A stretch of 64,000 bases of DNA, from positions 96,001 to 160,000 of IMG/VR virus record IMGVR_UViG_3300044695_008209. The stretch is one strand, 5' to 3'. The position numbers and the translations under genes are program-made. The notes under the pieces are model-generated. The model saw only the letters and a program-made list of their open reading frames with translations. It did not search any database and was not told the DNA's origin. The stretch is from a virus. Below are positions 28,068 to 37,258 of the stretch, piece by piece. Within the stretch, counting starts at the first letter, position 1. Every line of letters begins with the position of its first letter.

Positions 28068-30629
28068 ATGGGCATCGAAACCGACTTCCTCATCGACTAC
28101 ACGAACAAGCGCGTCTACCACAACGCGGGCTCGACGGTCTACACCGTGAACGCCCTGTACACGCTGCTCATGGACACCTTCGATGAGATCGTCCAGATGG
28201 ACGACACCGTGCCGATGTCGGCCCAGACGCCTACCGAGTACACGATGATCAACGGCTGGTTCATCGACGACGTGTCGGTGCAGTACCTGTCCGGTGGTGC
28301 CATCAAGACCTCCGGCTACCTCAACGCCATCCAGGTCGTGACGCTGGTGGCCGGCGGCTACGTCGGCGCCATCGGCTCGGACATCGGGAAGCTCGTCACC
28401 GACGACGGCGGGAACACCGGCAACCTCATCGCCTACGACAACGTCCTTCGGAAGTGGTGGATTCGCTGGGGCACGACCGTGGCCGCGAGCAGCACCATGG
28501 CGATCACGGGCGGCACCGGCGCAGGCGTCACCATCGCCTCGGGATCGACCACCGGCGAGGACCTGTACGCGAACGCCTACACCCTTGGCACCATCGAGAG
28601 CTCCCCGGCGCCCCAGGTCTACGTCTACCAGAACAAGATTCGCGTCGCGGAGTGGTCCGCGCTCTCGAACTGGGACCCCGGCCAGATCGACGTGCTCCTC
28701 AAGGTGAAGGAGGCCGGCACCCTCATCGACGGCGGCCTGGCCACCGTGCTGGCCCGGCAGTCGGGCGACCTGTTCTCGCACTTCTCCATCGACCTCTCGG
28801 CCGGCGGTCGAAACGCCATCCCGCTGGGCACCTCGGACGACCTCAACGAGGACACCGGGGAGCACTACCTGCTCTACGACGGGCAGACCTCGGCGTTCGT
28901 CAACGGCGAGCGCCTCAACGGGCAGACCTCGGGCGCCACCGCGGAGCTCGTGCTCGACACCGACAACGGCACCACGGGCATCCTCAAGCTGCGGAACGTG
29001 CGCGGAGTGTTCGCGAACGACGAGAACATCCGCTCTGGGGTGACCGTGCGTGCGGTGGCCAACGGGGTCGTCGGCGACACGCTACTCACCTACGACGCCC
29101 AGAGCGCCAACTTCTCGTCCATGGCCCAGGTCCTCACCGGCTCCCTCTCGGGGGCGAAGCGCCTCCTTCGCGGGCAGCAGGACAACGGCGCAGCCGGCAT
29201 CCTCGTCTGCTCCGTGAACGGCGCCGTGTTCGGCGTGAACCGGACCCCCTACTACAAGGCGTTCGTGGACAACGACGTGGTGAGCGGCGCCTCCGAAGGC
29301 TCCTGCACGCTCGACGCCGCGAGCACCACGCTCGTCGCCGGCTGGGACGACATCACGGTGGCCTTCGTCAACGGCACCGTCACCCACGGCGGCACCACAG
29401 GAACCTTCGCCTCTGGCGAGCGGGTGACCTGGAGCGCGGGCGCACAGAGCGGCATCGTCCTCAAGGACGCGAGCGGCACCCTCACCCTCGGGAACTGCAC
29501 GAACACCGCGCTCAACGGCGTCACGGTCACCGGCGACAAGAGCGGGGCCACCTGCTCCCCCAACCAGAACCTCCAGTCCGCCCACACCATGACCAAGGCG
29601 TTCGAGCAGCAGAGCGCGAACCCCTACGACGTCATCGTGGAGTGCGGCGCGCTCTACAACGCCGGCCGCACGCTCGCCCAGGTCTACGAGTACCTCAAGT
29701 ACCTGACCCACGACGGCCAGCTCTGGGACTTCTACACGGTCGTCGCTGGCGTCATCACCAAGGTCAAGGGCGAGAACTACATCCAGGCGTACACGGGCTA
29801 CTCGCCGGTCGTCACCGCTCCGTTCGGCACCTTCGCGGGCGGCAAGCTGTTCGGCGCCCAAGGCGTCTGGGTCGAGGGCATGGCGCTCTCGCAGAGCTAC
29901 CAGGTCATCGACTCCAACGGCGTCGGGCAGGCCCCCTACGCGAGCGTCAACATCGTGGTCAGCTCGGTCGTCTCGGGTGACCGCGTGTCGGTGTTCCGCG
30001 CCAACGCCGGCGTCGTGGACGAGGCTGTGTTCACGAGCCACGCAGCCGACAACGACATCGGGGACGCGGACTTCATCATCAACGCGGCCATCCCCATCGA
30101 CACGCCGCCCGCCGGCGCCCTCCGGGTGGTCCACGGGACGACGAAGCAGCGGTATCGCTACTCGAGCTGGGCGACCTCGACCTTCACCCTGACCGCGGTG
30201 CCTGGCGGGACGGCGGACGCGGGCTCGACCGGGGCGACGTTGGAGGACGCGGCCAGCGACTTCGTGACCAACGTGCAGGTCGGCGACATGATCACGAACA
30301 CCCAGACGGGCGAGTCTGGGATCGTCACCGCCATCGCCGATGCCACCCACCTGACCGCCGCTCTCCCCAGCAACTGGACTGTCGGGGACACCTTCGTCAT
30401 CAACAAGCTGACGGCGAACTACGACGGCACGACCAAGGCATACGCCCCGTTCGTCGATGAGCAGGCCGCTGGCACCTCGGTGTCCAAGACCGTGCTCTAC
30501 GCCTCCAACCGGGATGTGCTGGTGCGCGTCCGCAAGAAGGGCATCCTCCCCTTCGAGAGCCCCGGCACCGTCACCTCCACCGGCCTGTCGGTGGCGGCCA
30601 ACCGCACCACCGACGGCATCGTCACGTAG
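28068..30629 (+). CDS. Large virion structural protein (853 aa)
   Basis: GGAG RBS; Thr/Gly/Ala-rich beta composition; N- and C-terminal modules paralogous to neighbours. Confidence 0.7.
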   Translation: MGIETDFLIDYTNKRVYHNAGSTVYTVNALYTLLMDTFDEIVQMDDTVPMSAQTPTEYTMINGWFIDDVSVQYLSGGAIKTSGYLNAIQVVTLVAGGYVGAIGSDIGKLVTDDGGNTGNLIAYDNVLRKWWIRWGTTVAASSTMAITGGTGAGVTIASGSTTGEDLYANAYTLGTIESSPAPQVYVYQNKIRVAEWSALSNWDPGQIDVLLKVKEAGTLIDGGLATVLARQSGDLFSHFSIDLSAGGRNAIPLGTSDDLNEDTGEHYLLYDGQTSAFVNGERLNGQTSGATAELVLDTDNGTTGILKLRNVRGVFANDENIRSGVTVRAVANGVVGDTLLTYDAQSANFSSMAQVLTGSLSGAKRLLRGQQDNGAAGILVCSVNGAVFGVNRTPYYKAFVDNDVVSGASEGSCTLDAASTTLVAGWDDITVAFVNGTVTHGGTTGTFASGERVTWSAGAQSGIVLKDASGTLTLGNCTNTALNGVTVTGDKSGATCSPNQNLQSAHTMTKAFEQQSANPYDVIVECGALYNAGRTLAQVYEYLKYLTHDGQLWDFYTVVAGVITKVKGENYIQAYTGYSPVVTAPFGTFAGGKLFGAQGVWVEGMALSQSYQVIDSNGVGQAPYASVNIVVSSVVSGDRVSVFRANAGVVDEAVFTSHAADNDIGDADFIINAAIPIDTPPAGALRVVHGTTKQRYRYSSWATSTFTLTAVPGGTADAGSTGATLEDAASDFVTNVQVGDMITNTQTGESGIVTAIADATHLTAALPSNWTVGDTFVINKLTANYDGTTKAYAPFVDEQAAGTSVSKTVLYASNRDVLVRVRKKGILPFESPGTVTSTGLSVAANRTTDGIVT

Positions 30630-30638
30630 GATCGGTGC

Positions 30639-31163
30639 ATGTCTGCGATCATCACCTTCGACAAGGCGAATCGGATCATCGAGGTGGACACCGCTGTCCA
30701 CCCGATTGTCTGCACCGTGCAGGAGCTGATCAACGCGATCCGCGACTACGAGGACGAGATCGTCAACATGGAGATCCCCAAGATCGCGAACGCGACGGGG
30801 AAGGACAACCTCGGCGGCGGGACCTACACCGGCATCACCCTGACCCTGCTGAACTGGACGATCAAGTTCGCGGACCACCCGGGGCCCGACTACGTCCTGT
30901 CCAAGGTCTCAGACGGGAACCTACTGGCAGTCGACGGGAATGGGGACTCGATGCTCCCGTTCACCCCGTCGACCTTCACGTCGATCCTGTACTCGACCGC
31001 CGTGTCCGTCGCCCTCTACGACGCCGGCGCATCCTCGAACCCGTGGTCGCTGCCCAAGGTCGACAACCAGGTTCCGGGGACGATGGGCGGCCGCGTGAAG
31101 GACCTCGAGGACGAGCTCGCCAAGGTCAAGTCCGACACAGCCCTGGTTCCTGCCCTCATCTGA
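30639..31163 (+). CDS. Virion protein paralogous to the N-terminus of 28068..30629
   Basis: ITFDKANRIIEV...TVQELINAIRD vs IDYTNKRVY...TVNALYTLLMD. Confidence 0.7.
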   Translation: MSAIITFDKANRIIEVDTAVHPIVCTVQELINAIRDYEDEIVNMEIPKIANATGKDNLGGGTYTGITLTLLNWTIKFADHPGPDYVLSKVSDGNLLAVDGNGDSMLPFTPSTFTSILYSTAVSVALYDAGASSNPWSLPKVDNQVPGTMGGRVKDLEDELAKVKSDTALVPALI

Positions 31164-31254
31164 CCTGCGGGAGGCGGCGGGCTTTCCGCCCTCATCGACG
31201 ACAGCTTACCGTAGACCCCCCGCAGGAGTTATCCTTGCGCCTGGAGTGTTCTCC

Positions 31255-32979
31255 ATGACCAGCTACCACGCTACCCACGAGCCGCTCTTCCTGCGGGAGC
31301 GTGTCCCCTCGGACCTCTTCACCGAGAAGGTCGCCGCTGCGCTTTCTCGCGTGCCGGATGACGAGAAGAAGTGGCCGGCGCACGTGTTCTCGGAGCTCTG
31401 CAAGGAGTTCCCGTACATGACGCAGTACGACATCGAGATCGTCATCGACCGGATGGACCCCGAGGCCGGAGCCGCGCTCGGCTACGCGCAGGTCCAGAAC
31501 AAGACGCAGAGCCGCCCCCAGGAAGCGGCCATGGCCGCCGGAAACGTGATCCGCGTCCCCATCATCATCAAGGACCGCCGCCTCCAGAAGTTCTACATCT
31601 TCGAGGCTGGTGGCCAGACCTATCCCATGGGCGAGAGCCGCATCCAGCAGGCGATGCTGAACCCTCTCGTCTTCGACACGGACGCCGCCCGCGTCCCGCA
31701 GTCGCCCGGACTCCTCGACCAGATCTACCCACCCGGGCAGCAGCGGACGGGTTTCGGCCGCGTGAGCGACCCGGTGTCGATGGGCCTCACGAAGCTCAAC
31801 TCGGTCGGTCTCCGCGGGTTCCTCAAGCTGGCGCGGACCCCCGAGCTGGCGGACGCGTACGCGGGTCACTGGCAGGAGAGCGCGGTCTCCCGCCCGGGCA
31901 TCAAGATGCCTCCCGCCCCGATGGCCCATGACACGCACGTTCCGACCCAGGCCAGCTCGTCCGTGGCTGGGCCTCGCGCAGCGCAGGTGCAGGCGGCCCC
32001 TCCGACTCGGGGCCCCGCAGTGCGGACCAACACACCGCCCGCCCCTTCCCCCGTCCCCGTGCACAAAGCGGCCCCTCCAGCCGCGAGTACGGCACCCACC
32101 GCGGTGCTGCAGAAGGCGCACGTGGCTCCCCGCGCAGAAACGACGGTGACCACCGCCGAGCGGGCAGCGACCGCGGCCACGCGCGCTGTCCCTGCCGCAG
32201 AGCAGGCAGCCGCGAAGACGACGGGCGGGCTCGCACGTCACCTCACGGGCCGCAATGCCCTGCTCGCCACGGGAGCCGTTGGGGCCGTGGCCGGCGGAGG
32301 GCTGCTCGCGCGCCACCTCCTGAAGGGGCGCAGCGCAGAGAAGGCGGCGGAGCACACGCCTGTCCCCGACCCCGGCGTCGTGGCGGCGTCTCTCCAACCG
32401 GTCCTGTCTGCACTGCTCGCGCTCCACCAGCTCTACTACTTCGCGCACTGGACCAGCCAGGGAGAGGCCGCGTACAGCGCGCACCAGCTGTTCACCCGGC
32501 TCTACGAAGGCGTGCAGGAGGACTTCGACAGCGTCGCCGAGCGCATCGTGGGCCACGGCGGGAACCAAGCGATGGACCCCGCAGCTGTCTTCGCCGAGGC
32601 GTCCGCCCAGAGCGCACAGTGGATCGGGGAGGGGTCGAGCATCTTCGCGGCCGCCCTCGCTGCTGAGCAGGCCGTGCAGGAAGTGCTGATGAACGCGTAC
32701 GGCACGATGGACCAGAGCGGCGGCCTCTCTCTCGGCATCGACGACATGCTCATGGCCATCGCCAGCAAGCACGAGACCAACCAGTACCTGCTCAAGCAGC
32801 ACGATCCGGGCGCCGCCCCGCAGGCCCAGCTGCAAGAGGCTGAGGTCGCGCCACAGCAGGTTGCGGCGCCCGCGGTAGAGCCCGCCGCGCCCCCTCCCGT
32901 GGCAGCTCCGGAGCCGACTCCCTCCCTGCCCCCCAAGACCGCCAGCCTCCGGGCCTTCCTCTCGAGGACTTCCACATGA
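31255..32979 (+). CDS. Multidomain probable head protein containing a Dps/ferritin-like domain
   Basis: GGAG RBS; AHWTSQG...SAHQLFTRLYE...FDSVAERI Dps signature at about 32392-32800; EKVAA, EKAAE, PKTAS. Confidence 0.78.
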   Translation: MTSYHATHEPLFLRERVPSDLFTEKVAAALSRVPDDEKKWPAHVFSELCKEFPYMTQYDIEIVIDRMDPEAGAALGYAQVQNKTQSRPQEAAMAAGNVIRVPIIIKDRRLQKFYIFEAGGQTYPMGESRIQQAMLNPLVFDTDAARVPQSPGLLDQIYPPGQQRTGFGRVSDPVSMGLTKLNSVGLRGFLKLARTPELADAYAGHWQESAVSRPGIKMPPAPMAHDTHVPTQASSSVAGPRAAQVQAAPPTRGPAVRTNTPPAPSPVPVHKAAPPAASTAPTAVLQKAHVAPRAETTVTTAERAATAATRAVPAAEQAAAKTTGGLARHLTGRNALLATGAVGAVAGGGLLARHLLKGRSAEKAAEHTPVPDPGVVAASLQPVLSALLALHQLYYFAHWTSQGEAAYSAHQLFTRLYEGVQEDFDSVAERIVGHGGNQAMDPAAVFAEASAQSAQWIGEGSSIFAAALAAEQAVQEVLMNAYGTMDQSGGLSLGIDDMLMAIASKHETNQYLLKQHDPGAAPQAQLQEAEVAPQQVAAPAVEPAAPPPVAAPEPTPSLPPKTASLRAFLSRTST

Positions 32980-34496
32980 GCCTCTCTGCCAAGCTCGCCG
33001 GCTCCATTCGCCAGCGGGACTTCGACGTCTTCGAGGGCATCTTCAAGGAGGCTTCGGTCGCCGAGATGCTGCCCCGATGCCCGACGGTCCTCGCGGCGCT
33101 CTCCAAGATCGCGTCGAAGGGCGCGGGCTCCAAGATCACGGTCGCCGGCGCCACGAAGCTCGCAGACCGCGGACGCTTCGACGTGGTGCAGGTGCGTCCC
33201 ATCGAGTTCGGCTACCTCGTGAAGTGGGCGGCTGCCCCGGACGGTGTGCAGCCCCAGCAGCAGGAGATGTCGGTCCCGCAGGCCCAGCAGGCGCTGCCTC
33301 CCGAGGCCCTCCAGGCTGCGGACCAGCAGGGCGTGGCCACGATGACCGGGGTCGAGGCCGAGCCCGACCCGCTCGAGGAGGTGCCGGCACCCATCGAGGG
33401 CTTCGGGATGTACAAGGTGACCGACACCGCGGGCAACCAGGCGGTCGGCTACGTGATCCCCTCCCTCTTCGACCCGCGCACCGGGCAGCCCACGCCCATG
33501 AAGCTGTTCGTGAACGGCAGCGCGTTCGCCCTGCAGCCCGACATGGCCGGCGTGCTCGTCGGCGTCAGCTACAGCCTGCCCGAGGGTCCGTCCGAGCCCC
33601 GCGGCATGGGTGTCTTCTACAAGACCGACGGCAGGGGCATCATCGCCACCATCCCGTTCAACGTGGCGAACTCTGTCAGCGTCGAGGGTGTCCGGTACTA
33701 CTCCGCGACGACGATGGAGGGGCAGCCCGTTCAGATCACCCCGAGCGAGGGCCTCGTCCGTCCTGTCGCCGCGAACCCCTCCGAGATCGCGATGCCGCCG
33801 GACTACACCTGGCTCCCGCTGAACGGCCAGATCCAGCTCATGGGCGCCAACACCGGCGCGGACCCGATGCAGCAGGCCAAGACGGCGTCCTTCTCGAGCT
33901 CGGTCACGGTGCGCGCGTGGACGGACGGGTACGGTGGTCTCCAGGGTGCGAAGCTCTCCGGACCCGTGTTCGAGAAGGTCGGCTCCGGCGACCACGACAT
34001 CCCCGACGCCCTGTTCTACCTCGCGGCCGCGGGCATGCCCCAGAACCTGGCACTCGCCGTCATGGAGAAGGCGGCCTCGACGGGGGAGCCCATCCGCATG
34101 TACGGCCTCCGCACCCTGTCGAGGGACTCGACCGTCGTGAAGGAGGCCTTCGCCGACGCGCTCGCGGACCTCGGCACCCGCGGCTACATGATCCCGAAGG
34201 CCCCCTGCCTGCTCAAGGAGGCCATGGCCATCGAGATGCACAAGGAGGCGCGCACGCTGGTCGGCGTGGACTCCCTCGACACCCTGCTCTCCATCGGCTT
34301 CATCAACCCGGAGAACATCCAGGACTTCGTCGACAGCATCCCCGATCTCGAGGAGACCTCGAGCAAGCTCGCGGGCCTTGTCTTCGCCACGCAGCTCGGC
34401 CTGCAGTCGGTGCCCGAGTCGGCCGTGGTCCGCGCCATGACCGCGCTCGAGGACGTGATCGCGGGACTCAAGGGCCTCAAGACCTACAAGCTCTGA
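32976..34496 (+). CDS. Probable internal head protein with many K-x-A motifs
   Basis: ATGA coupling; AKLAG, FKEAS, SKIAS, TKLAD, AKTAS, LKEAM, SKLAG. Confidence 0.75.
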   Translation: MSLSAKLAGSIRQRDFDVFEGIFKEASVAEMLPRCPTVLAALSKIASKGAGSKITVAGATKLADRGRFDVVQVRPIEFGYLVKWAAAPDGVQPQQQEMSVPQAQQALPPEALQAADQQGVATMTGVEAEPDPLEEVPAPIEGFGMYKVTDTAGNQAVGYVIPSLFDPRTGQPTPMKLFVNGSAFALQPDMAGVLVGVSYSLPEGPSEPRGMGVFYKTDGRGIIATIPFNVANSVSVEGVRYYSATTMEGQPVQITPSEGLVRPVAANPSEIAMPPDYTWLPLNGQIQLMGANTGADPMQQAKTASFSSSVTVRAWTDGYGGLQGAKLSGPVFEKVGSGDHDIPDALFYLAAAGMPQNLALAVMEKAASTGEPIRMYGLRTLSRDSTVVKEAFADALADLGTRGYMIPKAPCLLKEAMAIEMHKEARTLVGVDSLDTLLSIGFINPENIQDFVDSIPDLEETSSKLAGLVFATQLGLQSVPESAVVRAMTALEDVIAGLKGLKTYKL

Positions 34497-34503
34497 GGGA
34501 CTG

Positions 34504-35379
34504 GTGGCAGGCAACGTCTTCGCACACCCCGCGCATTACTACGCCAGGTACCTGGTGTTGCTGCTCGACGACCCGCGCAAGGAACTGACTCCTGCGCTGG
34601 AGGTCTGCGGGCTCGCGGGGATGGACAAGGCGCAGGTCGACCGTGCCATCTCGGACATGCAGGGCCAGCCCGTAGACTTCCGGCCGTGGGACCCTCACCA
34701 CGCCCCCTCCGTGCGCTGGCTCCGCCAGAAGAAAGTGCACTCGCTGATGCACCAGGATGCCGCGGTGGAGGGCATGTCCGGCATCGTCGCGCATCGACGC
34801 ATGAGGGAGACCGTCGAGCGCATGCTCATCGGCAACGTGGGTCACGCCGAGATCGCCTTCCGCCTTCGGGACCTCGGGTACGCCGTTGGGGAGTCTGCGG
34901 TCGCGGACTTCCGCCACTTCTTCTGGAACACGGAGATCATGGGGGCGGCCGACTGGGCGAACTACTTCCGCGAGGATGACCGCGGCCGTACGCGCGACCT
35001 GCAAGGCCAGTACGCCGCCGCGCGCATCTCGGGACCCCAGTTCGCCCTCTACAGGTCCGGCATCAAGGTCGAGGTCGACCGCCGCAAGGTCCTCGAGGAG
35101 GTCCACGACGAGCTCTACTTCACCTTCCAGGAGGTGCGCGCGCTGCCCACGTCTGAGAAGAAGGTGGAGATGCTGTCCACCATCTCGCGCAGCCTGGTGC
35201 GCATCGACGAGCGCATCGAGGCCGGCGACAGCGCCCTCGCCGACGTGCTCCGGAAGTTCGAGAAGTTCCGCGTCGTGCCGAACGCCGAGACGGTGCCTTC
35301 CATGAAGGAGCTTGCTCCGACTGGGACCATGAGTGATAGGGGGAGGCGTATGATCGCCACTTCCAAGGAGACCGCATGA
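34504..35379 (+). CDS. Hypothetical protein with HTH-like segment and coiled coil (terminase small subunit candidate)
   Basis: HAEIAFRLRDLGY...ESAVADFRH helix-turn-helix pattern; function is a guess. Confidence 0.6.
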   Translation: MAGNVFAHPAHYYARYLVLLLDDPRKELTPALEVCGLAGMDKAQVDRAISDMQGQPVDFRPWDPHHAPSVRWLRQKKVHSLMHQDAAVEGMSGIVAHRRMRETVERMLIGNVGHAEIAFRLRDLGYAVGESAVADFRHFFWNTEIMGAADWANYFREDDRGRTRDLQGQYAAARISGPQFALYRSGIKVEVDRRKVLEEVHDELYFTFQEVRALPTSEKKVEMLSTISRSLVRIDERIEAGDSALADVLRKFEKFRVVPNAETVPSMKELAPTGTMSDRGRRMIATSKETA

Positions 35380-35783
35380 CCGGAACTGACCAGCCGCCCC
35401 TCAACAAGAAGGCCATGCTCACCGCGTTCAGCGAAGGCGTCGACCTCTTCAAGCGTGCCGAGTTCTCCCTCGACGCCCGCGAGGAGTTGAAGGGTCAGTT
35501 CTGCGACGTCACCGTGGTGTTCAAGCCGCAGGGCGACGTGATCTTCCAGCTCTTCCCGAAGAAGCGGAAGTTGCTGCGCGGCGATCAGGACGGCCGAGTG
35601 CTGCTCAGCGAACTCGTCGAGGTCTACTTCTCCGACACCGGGCGCTTCTCCGCCTCCTGGGTCCCGGAGCTTGAGAGCTGGGCGCTCAAGGCCGCGCGCC
35701 TTGCGGACACGCTGAGCTACGACAAGGACCACCACGTCTACGGCTTCGCCACGTACATCAACCAGGCGCTCGCCGACCTGTAG
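35376..35783 (+). CDS. Hypothetical protein (135 aa)
   Basis: AAGGAG RBS, ATGA coupling. Confidence 0.72.
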   Translation: MTGTDQPPLNKKAMLTAFSEGVDLFKRAEFSLDAREELKGQFCDVTVVFKPQGDVIFQLFPKKRKLLRGDQDGRVLLSELVEVYFSDTGRFSASWVPELESWALKAARLADTLSYDKDHHVYGFATYINQALADL

Positions 35784-35791
35784 GAGTCCAC

Positions 35792-36442
35792 ATGGCCCTC
35801 CGCTCGAACACCTTCGCATCCGCGCACGCTCTGGCTACCTGGATGACCGCCAACGGCTACGGGCCGGAGGACGTGCACTTCATGTACCTGAACAGCTCGG
35901 GCCACTTCGACGTCCTCTACGACGACGCGGACCCGACTGGGATGATCGTGGGCGAGGTGGCGGGCACCACGGGGGCGCAGACCATCGCGGTGAGTTCGGT
36001 GACCAAGCGCTTCACGCGCTCCGCCGGCAGCTACATCACGGACGGCTTCAAGGTCGGAGACCACGTCACCTTCGCGGGCTGCACCAACGGGGCGAACAAC
36101 AGCACGTTCATCGTGACCGCGGTGTCCGCCCTGTACCTGGAGTGCTCCGGGGCCGTGGGCTTGGTGACAGAGGCCGGCACCGGTGACGAGACAGCCACGG
36201 CGGTGGGATGGAGCCTCGACATAGGGGACGGGCACCGCCTGGGCCTCATCCGGGTCATCGCCAGCGGCGGCGACACCACGGTGAACATCCTCAACCAGGG
36301 CGCTATCCCGATCCTCAGCGGGGACACCTTCGAGTTCGAGTACGGCGGGCGGTACCAGGGTGATGGGACTGCAGTGGACGCGAACCGCGTGACGGTCGGC
36401 GACAACGCCAAGTACACCGTCACCTGGCTGGATCGGAGCTAA
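35792..36442 (+). CDS. Virion protein sharing a roughly 70-aa beta module with 24774..27839
   Basis: AGGAG RBS; FTRSAGSYITDGFKVGDHV...TNGANNSTFIVT. Confidence 0.72.
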   Translation: MALRSNTFASAHALATWMTANGYGPEDVHFMYLNSSGHFDVLYDDADPTGMIVGEVAGTTGAQTIAVSSVTKRFTRSAGSYITDGFKVGDHVTFAGCTNGANNSTFIVTAVSALYLECSGAVGLVTEAGTGDETATAVGWSLDIGDGHRLGLIRVIASGGDTTVNILNQGAIPILSGDTFEFEYGGRYQGDGTAVDANRVTVGDNAKYTVTWLDRS

Positions 36443-36444
36443 AG

Positions 36445-36472
36445 GGACGGCCCTCTCAAGAGAGGGCCGTCC
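36445..36472. terminator. Hairpin at convergent gene ends (bidirectional terminator candidate)
   Basis: Perfect 12-bp stem GGACGGCCCTCT-CAAG-AGAGGGCCGTCC. Confidence 0.75.
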
Positions 36473-37076
36473 TGCACGCCTTCTTCCGGTGGTGGACCGT
36501 CAGGCCGTACTTCCGCAGCGCAGCGATGTGCTCGCTGGTCTGCTTGCCTCCGCCGGCGTAGCCCATGTTGGAGTCGAACCGGTAGAGCGGGAACTCTCGG
36601 TGCAACTCCAACATGATGGCGTCGCGGTAGGTCTTCGCGATGATGCTGGCCGCTGCCACGATCCAGAAGGAGGAGTCCGCCTGCGGGATGACGCGCTGGT
36701 CGATCCCGTGCAGCCCCTCGAGCATGATGTTGCCGTCCACCACGAGCAGGTCCACCGGGGCCTCCTCGTTGAGCACCTTCAGCGCGTCGAGCTTCGACCA
36801 CAACAGTGCCTTGCTGTAGCCGTGCTTGTCGATGTCCGCTGGAGAGATCTCTCCGATGCCCACGGCCGCGCGGCGCTCCAGGAGGTAGGGCATCAGACGC
36901 GACATGATCTCCACGCGCTGCGCCGGCGTGGTCTTCTTCGAGTCCCGGACCCCCGGCACCGGCCACCACTCTTGGAAGTTGCCGAAGGGCACGTTCACGT
37001 CGACCGCGACGGCGACGGAGACCAACGGCCCGGCCAACGCCCCGTACCCGACCTCGTCCACACCTGCGTACCTCAC
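36456..37076 (-). CDS. rnhB: Ribonuclease HII (start moved to GTG 37076)
   Basis: AGVDEVGYGALAGP, VRDSKK, VVDGN, VAAASIIAKTYRD, MGY, HRK; GTGA coupling. Confidence 0.93.
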   Translation of the reverse strand: MRYAGVDEVGYGALAGPLVSVAVAVDVNVPFGNFQEWWPVPGVRDSKKTTPAQRVEIMSRLMPYLLERRAAVGIGEISPADIDKHGYSKALLWSKLDALKVLNEEAPVDLLVVDGNIMLEGLHGIDQRVIPQADSSFWIVAAASIIAKTYRDAIMLELHREFPLYRFDSNMGYAGGGKQTSEHIAALRKYGLTVHHRKKACRTALS

Positions 37077-37258
37077 AGGACCCTCAGCAGGCCCTGCCGG
37101 ATCACCTCGATGTCCTGCTCGGGAACATCGAGAAGCAGGGACCAGAGGAGGCCGTGCCACCGACTTAGGTCTGCGCGGACAGCCTCGCGTTGGTTCGGGG
37201 TGAGACCCGAGACCTGCGCACGTAGGATGGCGTCAACCTCCTCCTGCGCTGTCTTCAT
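37073..37258 (-). CDS. Small hypothetical protein (61 aa; start moved to ATG 37258)
   Basis: ATGA and GTGA coupling on both sides. Confidence 0.6.
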   Translation of the reverse strand: MKTAQEEVDAILRAQVSGLTPNQREAVRADLSRWHGLLWSLLLDVPEQDIEVIRQGLLRVL

